Of a stretch of 64,000 nt of DNA, positions 60,311 to 64,000 are shown one piece after another (the stretch's first letter is position 1; the number at the start of each line of letters is the position of its first letter). The notes under the pieces were generated by a model that saw nothing but the letters and a program-made list of their open reading frames with translations, did no database searches and was not told where the DNA came from. The position numbers were made by a program, and so were the translations under genes. Location of the stretch: assembly GCA_036555485.1 (NCBI GenBank), contig DATBLG010000004.1, forward strand, positions 2,090 through 66,089, given 5' to 3'. The DNA is from Gemmatimonadales bacterium (GTDB taxonomy: Bacteria > Gemmatimonadota > Gemmatimonadetes > Gemmatimonadales > GWC2-71-9).

Positions 60311-60983
60311 TCGCGACCGCCGTCCGATAGGCCGCCGTGAGCGCGACCGCGTCGCGTCCGGCGCGCGGCGCGTATGCCACGAATCGGCCGTCCCGCATGA
60401 AGGCGATGTCGGTCGCGAGCTCGGTGCCTTCCTCCACGTTGTGCGTGACGATCACCGTCGCCCGTCCGGCGGCGGCCTGGTCACCCAAGAGCCCGCGCAG
60501 CTCCTCCGCCGCCAGGCGATCGAGCCCGGTGAACGGCTCGTCGAGCAACAACACGTCGGGGTCGTGCATCAGCGCCCGGGCGATGGCCGCCCGCTGCGTC
60601 TGGCCGCGCGACAGTGTCCTGACTTGTTGATCCGCCTGGCGCGCGAGGCCAAGCCGTCGCAGCAGGTCGTCTTCTCGCAGCGCGACGTCCCGCTCCGGGA
60701 CGTCGTAGAGCGACGCCCAGAATCGGAGATTCTCGCGCACGGTGAGATGGTTGTAGAGCTGCGTCTGGTGGCCGATCCACCCGATGGCGCGGCGGCCGCC
60801 ATCGACGCCGGCCGCACCGCGCAGCGGGCGGATGAGCCCCGCGATCACCCGCAGCAGGGTCGTCTTGCCGGCGCCGTTCGGTCCGAAGATGGCGAGGGTC
60901 TGACCGCGTTCCAACGAAAACGTGATGCCGTCGAGCGCCGGAATCGCGCCGAACGCGTGGCCGAGGTCACGCGCCCAGAGCAT
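60303..60983 (-). CDS. ccmA: Heme exporter ATP-binding protein CcmA
   Basis: Walker A GPNGAGKTTLL, ABC signature LSRGQTQR and Walker B LLLDEP. Confidence 0.85.
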   Translation of the reverse strand: MLWARDLGHAFGAIPALDGITFSLERGQTLAIFGPNGAGKTTLLRVIAGLIRPLRGAAGVDGGRRAIGWIGHQTQLYNHLTVRENLRFWASLYDVPERDVALREDDLLRRLGLARQADQQVRTLSRGQTQRAAIARALMHDPDVLLLDEPFTGLDRLAAEELRGLLGDQAAAGRATVIVTHNVEEGTELATDIAFMRDGRFVAYAPRAGRDAVALTAAYRTAVASG

Positions 60984-61338
60984 CGATGCGGGATGCGAGC
61001 TCGTTCAGATCGAATGGCTTCACGAGATAGGCACTGTGGCCCAGATCGAGCACGTGCATCAGCGGCTCCATGCTCACGTAGGCGGTGGTGACGACGACGG
61101 GGAGGGTGGCGCGTTTCTGGCGGATGCGCTGTAGCAACGCGATGCCATCGGTGTCCGGCAGCCGCAGATCGAGGATCAATACCTCGGGCTCGAACGTCTC
61201 GAGCTGCTGCATCGCTTCCGCGCCGGTCCGGGCAAAGGCCATCTCGTAGCGCGAGCTGAAGTAGCGAGCGTAGGAGCTCTGCAGCGCCGCTTCGTCCTCG
61301 ACGAACAGCACTTTGCGCTTGGGTCCGGCGGCGGCCAT
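60967..61338 (-). CDS. Single-domain response regulator (CheY-like receiver)
   Basis: KVLFVEDE...VLILDLRLPDTDG...VVVTTAY...YLVKPF. 123 aa. It overlaps the ccmA start by 17 nt. Confidence 0.8.
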   Translation of the reverse strand: MAAAGPKRKVLFVEDEAALQSSYARYFSSRYEMAFARTGAEAMQQLETFEPEVLILDLRLPDTDGIALLQRIRQKRATLPVVVTTAYVSMEPLMHVLDLGHSAYLVKPFDLNELASRIDALGA

Positions 61339-61386
61339 AACCGTGGCAATATACGCACGGGCACACGGCCGTCCACGGAGCCCGGC

Positions 61387-61701
61387 CTAGTCGCCGCCCG
61401 CTTCCAGCTCGAACAGATCGTCCAGTTTGGTGAGCACCAGCAGGAATCGCAGCTCCTCGTTCGCCCCGCGCAGGCACACCGTTTGCCGGTGCTCCGCCGC
61501 CTTGCGCTGGATCAGCATCAGGGCGCCGAGTCCGGCGCTGTCCACCACCCGCGTCGCCGTCAGGTCGATGATCAGCCGTCCCGTGCCCTCGGGAAGCTGC
61601 TCCAGCAGCTCCGCGGCCGATCGCCGAAAGCTCGTGCGGGAGTCCAAACCGAGCGTTTCGGGCGCAGGGAGGACCTTCTCGCTCGGTAGAGTAGTCATCA
61701 T
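61387..61701 (-). CDS. STAS-domain protein (anti-sigma-factor antagonist-like)
   Basis: RLIIDLTATRVVDSAGLGALMLIQRKAAEHRQTVCLRGANEELRFLLVLTKLDDLFEL. The start is uncertain (ATG 61701/61698 or 61743). The track start at 61989 is not credible. Confidence 0.65.
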   Translation of the reverse strand: MMTTLPSEKVLPAPETLGLDSRTSFRRSAAELLEQLPEGTGRLIIDLTATRVVDSAGLGALMLIQRKAAEHRQTVCLRGANEELRFLLVLTKLDDLFELEAGGD

Positions 61702-61948
61702 GATAAACGAGCTCACGACTCCGGTATCGGGGACGGTTGCCATTCCCCGCACCCATTGCCACTTCAATGCCACTCCGGAGTGCGGCAACAACCCTTGTGG
61801 CCGCAAGGAGTTGGCGATTCCCTCCCAAGCAACCGGGCTGCCGCGAGATTCGCAGGACGCACGGCCCGGCGCATGCTGCAACCATGCTTGACCCGGCCAC
61901 GCCGGGCGGCGATACCTTACCACTCCCAACCCACACCTCAAGCGAGCC

Positions 61949-63889
<1,941 letters not shown>

Positions 63890-63899
63890 CCGAAGGCGC

Positions 63900-64000
63900 T
63901 CAGGACTCGCGCCGCACCGCGCTCCCGGCGACGATCGTGATCGCCGTAATGACCACCGCCGATCCGACGCACCAGCGGCAAATGGCGTGGAGCACGAACA
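63900..64000 (-). CDS. 3' end of an unidentified, probably membrane-protein gene (continues beyond the right edge)
   Basis: My minus-strand translation ends ..FVLHAICRWCVGSAVVITAITIVAGSAVRRES-stop (TGA at 63902-63900). The codons are GC3-rich. No function could be assigned. Confidence 0.3.
   Translation of the reverse strand, partial: FVLHAICRWCVGSAVVITAITIVAGSAVRRES

Overview
A 64 kb GC-rich bacterial chromosomal segment with about 55 protein-coding genes. I saw no rRNA, tRNA, CRISPR array, transposase or integrase. The gene content is a type IVa pilus locus, type IX secretion (T9SS) parts, a GWxTD protein and Oar/SusC-like TonB receptors. By inference only, this fits Gemmatimonadota or a related FCB-group lineage.

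Layout, left to right:
- 1-4350 (-): minor-pilin operon (FimT/GspH-like, PilV-like, PilW-like, PilX-like), then the start of another prepilin gene.
- 4487-6963 (-): histidine kinase plus sigma-54 activator.
- 6978-8118 (-): two near-identical pilA copies, each with its own terminator. Only the proximal copy has a canonical sigma-54 promoter and an upstream inverted repeat.
- 8147-15825 (-): six-gene glycosylation island (two TMTC-like GT-C enzymes with TPR tails, two PMT_2-like GT-C enzymes, a Dpm1/GtrB-type GT2 and a SAM methyltransferase).
- 15846-23545 (-): pilR, pilS, pilC, pilT, pilB, comEA-like.
- 23778-30886 (-): giant SprA-like T9SS translocon, translationally coupled to an M28/glutaminyl-cyclase-like lipoprotein.
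- 30917-36852 (+): two LptF/LptG-family permeases and an Oar-like TonB receptor.
- 36950-39281: amino-acid permease (-) and heme A synthase (+).
- 39335-50162 (-): five-gene operon (TonB-dependent transporter, 1279-aa T9SS-CTD protein, PorV-like protein, GWxTD protein, Ig/PPC lipoprotein).
- 50477-52260 (-): M24 peptidase and a small V4R-like protein.
- 52388-57420 (+): ECF sigma, ZAS anti-sigma, DUF92, geranylgeranyl-reductase-family enzyme, flavin reductase, SRPBCC protein and KAS II.
- 57469-58859 (+): aquaporin and a TPR protein.
- 58856-61701 (-): STAS, CheY-like receiver, ccmABCD.
- 61949-63889 (+): acetyl-CoA synthetase.

Many neighbouring genes overlap by ATGA/GTGA, which points to translational coupling. 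Several intergenic regions carry unusual hairpins built from short tandem motifs.

The supplied ORF track prints alternative starts (GTG/TTG) as M. It also contains many long alternative-frame or antisense ORFs that are high-GC artefacts. I re-called starts where neighbouring stops, ribosome-binding sites or N-terminal domain logic allowed.

The two most interesting candidates for undescribed biology are the pilin-linked GT-C/TMTC-like glycosylation island and the TonB-transporter / T9SS-cargo / PorV / GWxTD operon. All family assignments come from motif recognition by eye. No database search was run.
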